From positions 75,456,001-75,520,000 of the forward strand of contig NW_024704742.1 of assembly GCF_018977255.1 (NCBI RefSeq): 64,000 nt of DNA, read 5' to 3'. The notes under the pieces are model-generated. The model saw nothing but the letters and a program-made list of their open reading frames with translations, was not told the origin of the DNA and did no database searches. Positions 38,245 to 52,229 of this stretch are shown here, piece after piece (position 1 is the stretch's first letter; each line of letters begins with the position of its first letter). This DNA comes from Callorhinchus milii (taxonomy: Eukaryota). The position numbers and the translations under genes were made by a program.

Positions 38245-39060
38245 AATTACATTTGTAAAGCACCTTTCATGTCGGGAGGACGTCCCAAGGAGCTGAACAG
38301 TCAGGCTTAGGACCCAGCGGGGGAGATGGGGGTTGGGATCAGCGTGGGTGAAGAATAGGAGAGGATCCGAAGGGGCAGACGTAGAGGAGGATCTTGAGGC
38401 ATGCCTTGAATGAGGGAAGGGAGAGAGCGAGGCGAAAAGAATGTGGAATGCAGTTCCAGAGGGTGTGGTAGAGAGGCTGAAGGCCCAACCACCGATGGTG
38501 GGGTGGGCCAGGTAGGGGACATGGACCAGGCTGGAGCCTGCTGAGCAGTGGGAGTGGACAGGTTAATAAATGGTTAGCAGCTCGAAGAAGTAGGAGGGGG
38601 CAAGGTCATGGAGGGCCTTGAAGGTGAGGGAGAGAATTTTGAACTCAATTCTCTGAGTGGAGCCAGGCGAGGGTGGGAGTGATGGGGCCAAAAAGCCTGG
38701 TGCGGGAGAGGACACAAGCTGCAGAGTTCTGGATGATCTGTAACTTGTGGAGGGAAGAATTGCGAAGACTGATCAGCAGGGTGTTGGCATAGTCGAGCCT
38801 GGTTGTAATGAAGGCATGTGTGAGGGTTTCGGTGGCCTGAGGGATGAGGCAGTGGCAGAGTCAGACAATGTTGTGGAGGTGGGGGGAAGGCAGAGTGGGT
38901 CATGGCATGGATTTGGGAAAGAAAGGACAGTTGTGGGTCGAACAAGACGCCCAGGTTCCTGACTGGCTTGGTGAGGTGGAGTGTACATCCTTGGATGCTG
39001 ACGCTGCTAGTGCGGAGGTGCTGGCATGAGCCAATCAGGAGAGGCTTGGTCTTCTGACGT
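38245..39060 (-). mobile_element. L2 3' fragment
   Basis: VRNLGVLFDPQLSF..QIHAMTHSAF motif; L2 tail at 38245. Confidence 0.85.
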
Positions 39061-40210
39061 TCACCTGTAGAAAGTTTATCTTCAGGTGCTCTTCTTTCTA
39101 TAATGTGTATTGATTGCAATCTCATTGGGTCTGTGACTGAGAAACCCTTTTTCTTAAGATTCCACACTCTGTATGCTTGAGATGTGTTTTAGCTTCTTCA
39201 GAAATTTCTAGTATATTTAAGTGAAATAAGTATTGGTTTCAAATATCTGTAATTTGCTTTGTCACAAACAGTTCTTTTAAGTAAATCAAATATTTAAATT
39301 ATGCACATTTTACACATCATAATGATAATAATGTCTCCAAACAGTCATGAATCGAATGGCCAATTGTATTTGAGAGATCGTTGGCCAGGACACTGGGAGA
39401 AACTCCCTTCTCTTTTTGTGTAGTGCCATGGTATCTTTAATGTCCACCTGAACAGTGACAAGACCTTGGTTTAATGTCTCATCCAAGAAGAAACAAATTG
39501 TTTTACTACCTACAGGAAAATCTAATAATGAAATGTCAGGAAGGAGATGGTGTGAGTTCAGTAAATTTTGCTTCCACTTAAATTCTGTATAGGCACCCAT
39601 GTCTGTTTTGTATCTGCGTTGAAATAGTATCACTTAAGCATTTAGAGATAATCAAACATTAAAAGCAATGAATTCATAATTCAGGTCAAGTCACTTAAAA
39701 TTTTGTGAGAGGACCTGAGTTCGATTCCCGGCAGGGTGAGACTTTAAGCAAGTTTTCTTACTCCACCCGCCTCTGTTTACTTGGCAGTAAGTAGAAACCC
39801 AGTTGTTTGTTTTTACAGGGGTAATCACTCATTTTTTTTTGAATAATAATAATTTGGTCACTCAATCCATGATGGTTTGTGAGATACTGCTGTGCGCAAT
39901 TGGCTTCCATCTGGAAGATCGAGCTTGTCCAAACCACCGCTGCCCATCTCTTTTGCTTGCTTATAACCCCTGCCTCCTCTTCATCACCATCAGCAGCCAA
40001 GCTTTCAACCACCTTGCCATACCCTCCTCATCTCTCTCCCTTTAGATCTCTCTTGCATGATGTGTCTAGCCCAGTGGACTCTTATACCAGAGTAGGTCAG
40101 AGAAGGAGGAACAAATAAATAAAGTTACAATCTGATTGACTCATGTTACAAAAACACAAATCCTGTAGTGATCATAGTGAACTGAAGAAAATATTTTGTT
40201 TGTTTCCTAG

Positions 40211-40284
40211 GTTCCTGTATAATTGCATATTGGAGATACGGCACTTGGTTAGGAGCTGTTAATTGCCCCATTTGCAGACAAATG
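40211..40284 (+). CDS. RNF170: RNF170 coding exon 4, RING C-half ([25 protein letters not shown])
   Basis: tttcctag acceptor, ATG|gtaaga donor; CIIAYWRYG and CPICRQ motifs. Confidence 0.95.
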
Positions 40285-41364
40285 GTAAGATACATTGCAC
40301 TAAGCAGAACATATAGAAAAGTTATACAAATACTGGTTAAATATATCTAAATTTCTGTCTTAAAAATATTGTAGAGGCCTTTTTTTGTAATATTATTAAG
40401 AAGAATTGTTTTAGATCTCCTGAAATAATTTCTCACTTCAATTAAAGATTAGTTTTTTTTACAGGGAATGGTGGAAAGTCGTACATCTGTGATGTAATTA
40501 AAATACCGAAGCCCCAATTTTGCACGCTAAATACTGTATAAATGACCTGGATCTAGAAATTGAGTGCCTCTGCTGCCTTTGGGGCAAAGATGGGGAAATT
40601 CAGTCTTTTATTTCTGCTGCATTTTCCCCGTGCCCTTTCATATATTCTTTTCAAATATTTGTCCAGTTTCTTTTTAAAAGCTATGTAATTTTGTTGTGTT
40701 ATAGATTCTGCTTCAAGTACCATTGTGACTGGGAATTTCATGCCGTAATAACCCTCCAACACAAATTTACAGTCGTCTGGCTTATTGATTATCTGGTTTA
40801 TCTCTTATCAAATGCTCTCAGTCTCCCCTTTATCGGTTGCAACAAATTTCAGCTGATCTGGCTTTGCTGCTCCCGAGCTGATCCTGTGACCTGTACGGAT
40901 TCCATAAGAGCGATCAATCGACCTCAGACTAACTCGAGCCAATAATAAAACACTGCAACAGGAAATCGCTCTTCAGTCTCCACAAAATAAGGATGAAATT
41001 ATATCGGCAATCACTCTAGCTCCTTTTCCACTTAATGAATAAGGTTTTAATTCCAAACACGATACAAATCTTATAAAATTAGATATTGCAAGTAAAAGAA
41101 TTAAACACATTAGAAATGGAAAATTGTTTTTCTTCACAGTACAGAAACAAAAGAATCAGGCAATATCTCTCTCTCCTTCTTTCAATGTTCTCCTTCAAAC
41201 CTTTTCAAAAGCCTCTTTAAATAAACAGATCTGGCTTTCTCCCATACTAGTCAAAACTCTTCGATTTAAGCATTATTGAGGATGCTTCAAGGAACTGATC
41301 CAATTCAGCATGTGAAAGAACAACGTTACCTTTCAGAGAATGACCATGGAACATAGAATACAAC

Positions 41365-43070
41365 ACAATTTGCATTTATATAGTGCCTTTCATGTTGGGA
41401 AGACATCCCAAAGTGCATTCACAGTGCTGACAGGGCACCAGAGCTGGGAGCAAGATGACTGAAAGCAAGGGCAAAGAGTTATGTTTTGAGACATGTATTG
41501 AAAGAGCAGAGGGAAGGAGAAAGTTGGAGGAACTCTTGAGATGGAATTCCTCAGAATAGCTTGAAATCCACCCTCCACTGGTAGGGGAGAAAGGTGGGGG
41601 ATATAATAATAATAATTCTTGCATTTGATATAGCGCTTTTCACATCTTCTAGATGTCTCAAAGCGTTTCACAGAATATGCTGTAAAGTGAATTGACCGTA
41701 TATTTGTGGGCGAAACGCAGCAGCCAATTGCACACAGCAGTGTCCCACAAAAAGTCGTGGATTGAAAATAACCAATTTATTATTTTGTTTTGGAGGGATT
41801 ATTATTAGGCGCATTATTATATGAAGCAGGCCTGTTCCCACTGAGCAAAGGGAGCAGCCAGGTCAGTTGGATTCAAGGAGATTGCAGAACAGTAGGAGGT
41901 GGCGCAAAACAGTAGAGGGATTTAAAAGTGAGAACAATGATCTTCAACTCGATCCGCTGGGGAATGGGAACCAATGGAGCTGAGCGAGGATGGGGATGAT
42001 AGGGTTGTGGAGGCTGCAGAGTTCTGGATGGTCTGCAGTTGTATAGGGAAGAGCTGGGGAGTCTGGAGAGCAGAGCCATCTGGAGAGCAGAGCCTTGGTG
42101 AGTCAAGCCTGGATGTGATAAAAGCACAAATGAGGGTCTCAGTGGTCTGAGGGGAGAGGCAGTAGTGGAAGCAGGCTGTGTTTTGGAGACGAGGGAAAGC
42201 TTAGTGAGTAAAAGCAGAGATTTGGAGTTTGAAAGTCAATTGTGAGTCAAACAAGACTCAACCAGCTCCATGAGGTGGAGTGTGCATTCATGCAGGTTAA
42301 TACTGTCAATGCCTGAGGAGAGACAACACTGACTGGAGACAAGCAGGAAGGCCTCTGCCTTGTCGACATTCAACTGAAGAAAGTTAGCTCTCATCGAGAA
42401 CTTGATGGAGAATGGAGACCGTGAAGTAGAGAGGACCGAGGATAGAGCCCTGAGCATGTGATTATGAGGCGGCTGGGAGCTCAAGGGTGGTATGGGGATA
42501 GAGTCAAGAGAACACATGGTGGGTTTCATATGGGAGATGAGTAAGGAGAAGGATGTAGGAGAGATGGGTGGACGGAAGGGTCTATGGAAGCTGGAGGGGA
42601 AGTGGCAAAGGCAGTAAAATTCAATTTTTGGACCAGAGGAAACCCATCATCTCTCATTTGGAATTGGAGGAGGGGGTGGGCGGGGCATGAGAAGACGGGT
42701 AAATTAGGTGGTTTGTGGTGGAATCAAGGAGTTTAGGGTTGTCAATGGCCTCCATCATGATCCGGTAGTAGAAGAATAACTTAGCTGAGGCGAGGGTAGA
42801 AGAGGTTTCAGTATGGTGCAGCTAGATGTAGTGGTGGACAGTGTGGCCATGTGCATTTTGCAGACGTACCTATGAGTTGAAGGAGCTGAGATAACGTGCA
42901 GGGGTAGGATGTGAGGCGAGCTGTGATGGGGATGAGGGTGTTGGGGATGAGGGTGTGCAAGAGAGTCACAGATTGTGATGGGTTTGGTGGTAGAGGAAGT
43001 GATGTTTAGGAAGTTTAGGAAGATGAGGAAGTGATCAAAAATGGCTTTATTGGTGATGTCCGAGATGGAA
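41365..43070 (-). mobile_element. Fragmented L2 with nested SINE (41603-41810)
   Basis: MRANFLQLNVDKAEAFL, CSLDSIP and IPQRIELKIIVLTFKSL motifs. Confidence 0.7.
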
Positions 43071-45996
43071 CATCTTAAAGCTTTAGCAGATTAACAGGAG
43101 GGTGTTAGAAGTTTGGAGATCAATGTTTACCAAACATTCTCCCAAATGTAATGGACCCACCTCTGTTGAATATTGGGTGTCTCCTACTTTACACATACAT
43201 ACACACAGTTAAAACTAACCATTGAACTTAAAGTGTAGTGGATGTTAAATATTTGTTCAATGTACCTGTTTTTACAACCAAGATTCGAGTCAGCAAAACT
43301 TGTAAAGGTGCCTAAGATGACAAATGTGACATAGCACAGAGTACGTCACATCGAAAAGTACAATATCCCAGCTGGCTGTGCTTCTTCCTCATAATGTCAG
43401 CTATAATTTAAGCACATCACTATTTCTGTTCTAGTTGACATTCAAGTGCTAGAAGCACATAAATAGATTGCTCAAGACACCTTCCCTAGGAAGGTTTTAT
43501 GGAGTCTGTTGACATCCCAAATAGCTGTAATAAGGAATGGAAATGTCTTGGCATTCTCTCTGTTTGAAGCCTTCATGTCAAAAAGTATTTAACTCCCAAT
43601 GTAAGGCAATATCAGTGACTGTTTCAGCTACTCATCTGATATATAATAATCCTTGCATTTGATAGAGTGCTTTTCACGTCTTCTAGACGTCTCAAAGTGC
43701 TTCACAGAATATACTGTAAAGTGAATTGACTGTATATTTATGGACAAATCACAGCAGCCAATTGCACACAGCAGTGTCCCACAAAAAGTCGTGACCAAAC
43801 TATTATTTTTTTGAGGGATTATCATTCCCAGAAAAGCGATCTGCAATTCGACTAACAGCTGGGTTCCTACTTACTGCTCGGTAAACAGAGGCATGTGGAG
43901 TAAGGAAACTTGCCCAACATGGTGGTAGATGACTAAAAATGGATTTTGAGCACTCGTATATTGTTCAGTAACAAAGTATTGCATTTATGTATTCCTGCTG
44001 ACTTTGTTGAACATAATTCAATTCCTGTATTAGAAATACTTTATTTTCAGTATTCAAGACTTTCACTTCCACTTGTTTTTGAGAATGTTTAAGTCATTTT
44101 TTTCCTTAACCCTAGCAAATCAAATTTGAAAAATCATCAATATTATGAAGTCTGAACAGAGGAAAAAACTCTGTCACCAAAAAAGAATCCAGCAAACTGA
44201 ATGCTTGGGTTGGAGCCCACATTCCAAATGCACTGAATGTATCTACCAGTGAAAAATGGAGATTCAGTCTCCTGCCAGTAAATGTGAGAGATGGATTTCC
44301 ACTGATGGTTTCAATGTCTGTTGTTGATGCATCCAAAGTGGGAGTGTGGCCTCCTGCCCAGGAAATTGTGTTCCACAACTCATCTGGCTCTGCATTCCAG
44401 ATTTTTGTGTATATTTTCAGACCAAGCTTTTACAGCTCCTTTGCTGGGAAGAATGGGTCACATTGAGGAAAAGCTGGAGCTCTTTAACGCCAGTAAAAAG
44501 GCTCATCGTAGACCTAAAACTACCTGATCCTTAGAACATAATGAAATTCATTTGGAAGCTTAAAAAAATTCCTATGCATCCATAATTTTTTCTCCATTAA
44601 AGGCTTGCAAGGAGTTCCTGGTACCTGCTATCCACCTGGTGAGGGCTCAGACCTGAATTTATGGATGTCAAATTAACCAATTAGTGATTGTCCATCTTGA
44701 GGGAGAGGCAGGCAAGTTTTCCATTGAGCTGGCTCCAAGGTGACATGCTTGGCAGTGGAATGACAGAATTGAATGGCGGTTTCTCTGTGGTGGTCTCGGT
44801 AGTCGGGTTCCTAAGCCAGGTAGGTCCACAATTCTCTAGGGCACTGCCGTGGCAGCCCAGCCAGCCTTGCTCATTGGTAGGACATGGAGGGGCAGAATCT
44901 GCTGTCCTGTTCAGATATATGTGCTGAGCAGAGACATAGGTAAGGGGAGGCAAAGGTTGAAAAAGAAAGCTGTATCTTCAGAAAACAGTGCTCTGATTGA
45001 TTTACCTTGAAATTCCTAATTGTAGTGGAATTGCACCTATTGCAAACATTGTAATTGTCACTGTGACAGAGTGTAAAAAGTATACCATATTGTTTGAATC
45101 TAAGGCAATCATTTTATCTAAATTGTGCTTTAAAATTGCTACTCGCTTTGTTTGCAGCCCAACCAAAACCAGTATCACGTCACAGGGCTGCTCGAGACCA
45201 GCAGAAAAAGTCCAGTGTGTACTGGCAAGAATTGGGAAACTTGTGTACATGCATCAGATTGCTCGGTGATGTTTTCATCCCTAGTAACAATTCTTACCCA
45301 TGCTCTCAACTTTTTTTGCTGGAAGCACAAAGATACTTTTTTTATTAATAAAAAAAGATTATTTCCTCAGAGGAGGAAAGAATAACAGAGAGAGTGGGTG
45401 AGGACTGACGCAATATGACAGCTGTGGAGAATGCATTACATTGCCAATGATTTGAAATATATTCTATTATACATATTTGTGTTTTGACTGTTCTAAAATT
45501 AATGTGTTTTTCTCAATTGTAACTGAAAGTTGGGGGGAAGAGTCCCTGATACTTGGAACAATGCTGCATTGGAGGTTTTTGTGCAAATCAAATCTTATAC
45601 TCGAATACATTTTTAAATTAGTTTGTCGAATGCTTCAAGAGAGAAGTGACTGGTGATGTCTTACATAGGTTAAACGGAAGAAGAATGATGTGGTAAAAGC
45701 GCTTTGGGAAGTCCTCCCGAAGTGAAAGGCCCTCTATAAATGCAATTTTGTTGTTGTTGTAAAATAAAAGGGTACACATTTTAACACCCCTTGAAAATCA
45801 TATCTGTAAAAAGTAGATTACATTTGTACCGAGTAGCCATGTGACTTTACAATTTGCAAACTTGTTTAGCTTTATTGTTTTTTACTTGGGTGGTATCAAT
45901 TTAATTGCATGTGTTATGCCAATGTGTACTGTTATTCTAAGTGCTTTCATATTCTGGAATAATCGTTTCAACTGCTTATAATTGTTTTGTGGCCAG

Positions 45997-46110
45997 GTGA
46001 CATTGCTATTCCCACTGTTCCCAGTGAATGACCAGCAGCTGCCAGAATCTATGCAAATTATTCAAGAAATAAACAATTATAACAGAAGATTTTCTGGTCA
46101 ACCTAGATCT
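45997..46110 (+). CDS. RNF170: RNF170 coding exon 5 (VTLLFPLFPVNDQQLPESMQIIQEINNYNRRFSGQPRS)
   Basis: ccag acceptor, TCT|gtaagt donor; YNRRFSGQPRS motif. Confidence 0.94.
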
Positions 46111-47979
46111 GTAAGTTGAGTGAATGTTGAAATTGTATGACTGAAAACATAAATAGATAAGTAGATCCAAAAGAAGTTAACACTTAAGTTTAGGAACATT
46201 TTCTTTTTACCACCTGGATATGTTGGATGCTGTTTTGTGGGTTAGAATAACTTAAATTGTCATTTTAGCAATAAAATTCTTAGATATTCTTCATTCCAGG
46301 TATTTTCCACCCACCCCTGAGTTTCTGAACAAATAATTGGGAGAAATTAATTATAATAATTATCCTTAGATTTGATATAGCACTTTTTACGTCAGGAGGT
46401 TGTCTCAAAGCATTTCGTGGGATTTCTTTACTCAGAAAATAATTAATGACTAGAACAGGTTGCTGGGAAGTGTGGTTGAGGCCAGGACACCAGGCTCATT
46501 TAAAAAGTAGCTTGATGCTATGATGGGGAAAGGTAGGGTGGGTGTTCTGGGAGAATGATATCCCACAGGCCAAATGGCATTCTTTATCCAAACCAATCTT
46601 ATGGGCTATTGTAAAGTTTTATAAAACATTTTGTGGGCAAACATGCCAGCCAATGAAGTAAGTTGACCAATTTTATTTGGGGGAGAAACTTTGTTCTTTT
46701 TTTGAATAGTGCCATGGGGTCTTTAACATCCACCTGAACAGGCAGGTAGGACCTTGGTTTAACATCTCGTCCACAGGATAAGATAATATTTCTTTAAAAT
46801 ATCATTTTATGATGTCGGGATGTTGCAATAATATGGATATGTACAATGTGCGCATCCGTTTTTCTGAATGCATAATTTGTCAGGGCTGTTTTGAACCTCT
46901 ACAAGTGACAGTTGTATAATGACAGCCACAAACATTATTTCACTTATCTATGTCATAGATGCCATTCAATGCCCACGTACAATTAGCACTGTCTGCAGCA
47001 TGCTAAAGTGAGGGAGGAGAAGAGGAAGCCCCAAAGCCTTGACAGTACAGTGATTCTGAACTGCCTGAAGCTTTAGCACAGAGCTGGTCCAGCAGCAAGC
47101 AACTTCATCTTTCCAAATACAAGACCATTCACTACAGCTGAACTTGCTTCATTGGTGACCTCCCAATAGATTCTCACCCTGAGTTGTTGGAGTCATTTGA
47201 TAATCAACCTTGTCAAATGTACTCCATAACCACTTTACTTCTAAGTAGTCTGTCTTTCCATTCACATTGAAAAATGACTTATTTGAACCCATGCAACTTG
47301 CACTATTTCCTCCAGGTACAAACTATATCCCAGATTTGACCGGACAACACAGCAGGAGGTTTTACTTTTGCCCACTTATGAGACATATCAATAATCTCTC
47401 AGGCAGGAAACATTTTGTTCAGTCATAATTAAATAGAATGTTACAAGAATTCAGCCATTCAACACATGTCCATGTTGGTGTTTATTCTCCACGAGACCCC
47501 ACACTCTTACTATTTCCCTTTCCCATATGTGTCTATTCCCTTCTCAATCATGTATTCATTTCAGGTGAAAAGTGTGACACAAGAAATGATAATTATCACT
47601 TGTGATATTCTCACATTGTATTACAATTTTTTTTTATACAAGTCCTGCCCTCAACCACCAGCTAACCCTTTCCAGGTGTTAATTACTCTCTTGCTAAAGA
47701 CATTTTCAGCCCTCTCTAGGTCCCTTTAGATTTTAACTTCTTCCCTGTTTACTCTGCATAGTGTTTGCTGCATTGCCCCTTTCCACTTGTGTTTGGCTGT
47801 ATTATAATGAATGCTATTTCTAGCTTAAATAAGATGACCTTCTGGTTTTACAAGTGAGAAGTTTTTTTTAAGAAAAGTAAGTTTGTTAGGTTAATTTCAT
47901 GTCTATTCATTGTTTGGTCTTGTACAAATCTAAGAAAAAAAACTAATGATCGATAATTTAACTTCTTTTTCTGCTGCAG

Positions 47980-48249
47980 TGGATGGATAGAATAATGGAT
48001 CTACCCACACTTTTACGACATGCCTTCACAGAATTGTTTACCATTGGCGGACTATTTTGGATGTTTCGAATAAGAATACTTCTCTGTTTGGCGGGTGCTT
48101 TATTCTACTTAGCCTCACCACTGGACTTTCTTCCTGAGGCTCTTTTTGGAATTCTAGGATTTCTGGATGACCTTTTTGTAATCTTTTTACTCCTTATCTA
48201 TATCTCTATCATGTATCGAGAGGTGGTAACACAGAGATTGACACGGTGA
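47980..48249 (+). CDS. RNF170: RNF170 last coding exon ([16 protein letters not shown]...[11 protein letters not shown]); spliced CDS 792 bp, 263 aa
   Basis: ctgcag acceptor; C-terminal membrane region very close to vertebrate RNF170; TGA ends at 48249. Candidate AATAAA signals at 48600, 49062 and 49218. Confidence 0.96.
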   Translation, partial: WMDRIMDLPTLLRHAFTELFTIGGLFWMFRIRILLCLAGALFYLASPLDFLPEALFGILGFLDDLFVIFLLLIYISIMYREVVTQRLTR

Positions 48250-51014
48250 AATGTATGTAACAAATGAAATACCTGTTTGCAATTAAATTAAAAGTAAATG
48301 TTTTACTGGGAAAGTATAACTTGCCTCCATCAAGTTTTACAATTTTATGCAAAGGTTAAGCTCTAAGGTGAACATTAAATAACAACAATGAAAATGCAAT
48401 ATTTAAATATGCAATTGAAGTATTCTTTTTGCAAACTGTGCAAGTCAAACTTGAAAATTTATTTTTTACAAGAATTAAGAAAATGCCAATGCTTGTAATT
48501 ATTGCAACTTGTTTTCATAGATGATAGTACTTTAGAACTAGTTTGAAATATTAAATTACAATGTTGTCTAGTAATTGGAGACTGGAAATTGTTTTATAGA
48601 ATAAAATTTAGCCTATATGGACAGTAAACAATGCAACGAAAATATAGGGCAGGTATAGGGGATATTTTGTGGGGTTTAGCTGGTTAGAGTCCAGGAGTAC
48701 CCTAATGCACACTCTAGGATCCCCAAGCCTTGGCTCTTGCAACCTGGCCTAGTACTCCGGAATTAGGTAAGCAGGTGCGCATTCCATTCCAACATCCATC
48801 TCTGGAATTTCCATGTGTAGGTGGGATGCTCTTTAGCATGGTGATGGGTTTCCGCATGTGTCAGACACCTAGCTGACCAAAACAAAATTCTAAAATATGG
48901 GTCTAGTTACTTAAACAATTAAAATGTTATAAGATATTAGAAAATCATGAAATTGGACTCTGTTTTAGATACTTTTCCTTCTGTTGATTTGCACTTGGTA
49001 TAAAAATGTGAAGCTGTGGATTCAAACTGATGTCTATTCAATGTATAAAACATAAATTGTAAATAAATAGACTTCATTGGAAATAGAATGAAGAGGTTTT
49101 TATACCTGTATATTTTTTTTAAAAAAGTAATTGGAAAGATCGCTTTTGGATTCTACACGTTACAAATGTCAACAAAGTCTACAATTTCGCTAAAAAAACT
49201 TGAAAATCTTCATTTTTAATAAATTCAATGTAAGACAATACTAAACATTTCCTGGCTACACCACCTATTTTTTAAACTAATGATAAAGGAATACTAAATA
49301 TCAGGGTGAAATTAACACAAGCATTGAATTCAGAGCATTTATAATAATTAACACATAGGCTGGTGCATGGATTGGTGCCCCTGTCGCTCCCCCACCCCAT
49401 CACCACAGCCTTCCCAACAGTTCTGCTGAGAACCCAGATATTGCACTGGTAATTTGTGGGATATCCTGAAGTCTGACTCACCCCTTTCCTTCCAACTTTC
49501 ACCCCAACACTTGCCTCTTATCACGCTTTTGGTCATCTTTCCCTTCCTCACCCTCCACCTACCACTGGGGTGCAGGTGCCTAGCCAGCGTAAAGCACCTT
49601 GAGACTTCCACTTGAGTTGAAAGGGGTTACATAAATGTCAATTGTAACGTATATCAGCTTAACTAAACAATCGAGACTAAAAACAGCATTTCACTAACCG
49701 TATCTGATAACATATCACACAATGGAATTTTAATCCTCCAAGATGCTAATTTAAATTTGATGAATTTTGATCTAATTCTTCAAAACATTTGGACAATTGT
49801 GACAGTAGTTGCATAAAAAAAAACATGTTTGTCCAACAGGATTTCTGCAATTAAACCAAAACATTGAAAATATAGTGTTAGTCTGTTTGGCTCAGTTGGA
49901 AACACTCTCACCTCTGAGTCAGAAGGTTGTAACTTTGAACTTCCAGTCTGACTGACATTGCTGGGGGAGTGCATCTACATGGCTCAACTGCTCACTGATT
50001 AAACTCACTGAACTATTAGTGCAAATCTTTTAATGAACACACAGAATTGTTCTTTAAACTACAGTATTTCAGTAAATGTACTGTTTCAGTAGCAGACAGA
50101 GGAAACCATGTTAACTCATGGCTTTGCTGAGTAGATTGTGTTGTGGAACGGAGGTAGAGGATAAAGTAAAAGACTAGAGGGCAAAAGCTAAATCAAAATC
50201 ATATTTGAATTACTGTTACTACTGCAATAGCTGAATTTAAAGAGCTTGCATTATTCTAGCTCTTTAGCTCATTGCGTTTACTTTCGTAAACTCTTCCTGT
50301 TCTCCAGCAAAGAAAATCAGAGGAGAATGGTGAAGAATTGTGAAGCTATGACAGACTTGGACAGAGGGACCTGACAAATTTGAAGTGCCTGCATATTCCA
50401 CCATGGAGCTGAGCAACACAACTGTGTGTTTCTCACCTCAAATCATTGTGAGAAACTGCCATAGAAGGGAATGTACGTTCACCTAATTCCAAGTCTTGTG
50501 CCCAACCAACAGAACTACCTGGGTTAGTTATCTGGTGGAGATGCGCAAACAACAACAACAACAACAAGATTCCATTTATAAAGCGCCTTTCACGTCAGGA
50601 GGACGTCCCAAGGCGCTGCACAGTTGGGTCATGACCCGAGCAGGGGGGAAATGGTCAGGGTGGGGGAAGGGAGGGAGCAAGGAGGGGGGAAATGGTCAGG
50701 GTGAGGGGAGGGAAGGGAGGGAGCGAGGAGGGGGAAGAGAGTCGAGAGGGGAGCTGAAGGCACGGTCAAAGAGAACCATTAAACATCCATTAAAAATAGG
50801 ATATTCAATGATTATAGGCTGCAGAGGAAAGCTGGGTGAAGGGGAATTCTTCTTTCTTCATCCACTTTCTTGTTTAGACTTGAGGGAACATTGAGCTTAT
50901 AAACATCTCCACAGATGTGTTGTGGGGAGTGATCAGCATCTCTTGAGGTAGCATCTGAGTATCAGTCAGGTTGTTTGGTTTAAAATTTATTTCCTTGTCT
51001 GTGGTCTCCAAATT

Positions 51015-52229
51015 AGTCCTGTAGCTCAGTGGTTCGACCACTCGCCTCGAAAGTGGGAGACCCGGGTTTGATTCCCAGCAGGGCGAAATGTTGGACAGGT
51101 TTCCTTACTCCACACACCTCTGTTTACCTAGCAGTAAGTAGGAACCCGGTCATTAATTGATTGGCGGATTGCGTTTCCGGGTTAATAATTCCTTCAAAAA
51201 AAAATAATAAATTGGGTCACTCAATCCATGACTGTTTGTGGGACACTGCTGGGCGCAGTTGGCTGCTGCGTTTTACACCCAAACGCAGTTAGAGAGAAAG
51301 GTCTCAAGACAGACCTTGAAGGAGGCAAGGGGTGAGGCAGATGGAGTTTGGGAGGCCGGGTGGAGGACATGAAGCAGATTGGTGCTTGCCAAGCGAAGGG
51401 AGAGGGCAAGTTGGTTGGGTTTTAGGTTATAGATGTAGGTTGGGGAAAGACCGGGGGGGGGGATTTAAAAGTGAGGCTGAAGGATCTTGAACTGTCCTCT
51501 GGGGATAGGGAGCCAGTGGAGCCGGGTGAGGATGATTGGCTCACAATGCCCATTTAACTGAAAAATTTGCTCTAGACTGATGCGCTCAGCTTGCTTTCAC
51601 TGGTAAGGCTTCCAATAATAACTACCTCCCCAGAAGCACTCCAGCAGTATCAAGTTAACAATTAACTTGATACTGCTGGTATCAAGTGAGAGACCTGAGT
51701 TCAATTCCAGGCAGGTCAGGGCGAAACCTTGGGCAAGTTTCCTTACTCCACACGCCTAATAATAATCCCTCCAAAAAACCAAAAACAATAATTAAATTGG
51801 TCATTTTCAATCTACGACTGTTTGTGGGACATTGCTGTGCGCAATTGGCTGCCGCGTTCGCCCACAAATATACAGTCAATTCACTTTACAGTATGTTCTG
51901 TGAAGCGCTTTGGGACGTCCTCCCGACGTGAAAAGCGCTATATCAAATGCAAGGATTATTATTATTATTATTAAGTGGTTTTCATCAGTCCCTTTTTTTT
52001 TTTAAATGCTTGATTGATTCAGGGAAGGAAAATACTGATCATTTCCCAGGGCATTTCTCCCCTTAGTTTGGTTACTTGGGTGGAAACAATTTTTAACAAC
52101 TGTGACTGACTATATATTCATATATAATAATCCTTGCATTTGATATAGCGCTTTTCACGTCGGGAGGACGTCCCAAAGCGCTTCACAGAATACACTGTAA
52201 AGTGAATTGACTGTATATTTGTGGGCGAA
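51015..52229. mobile_element. SINE cluster: older copy 51015-51290 (+), L2 scrap, young copy 51683-51972 (+), young tail 52124-52229 (-)
   Basis: Direct similarity to the other family members. Confidence 0.85.
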
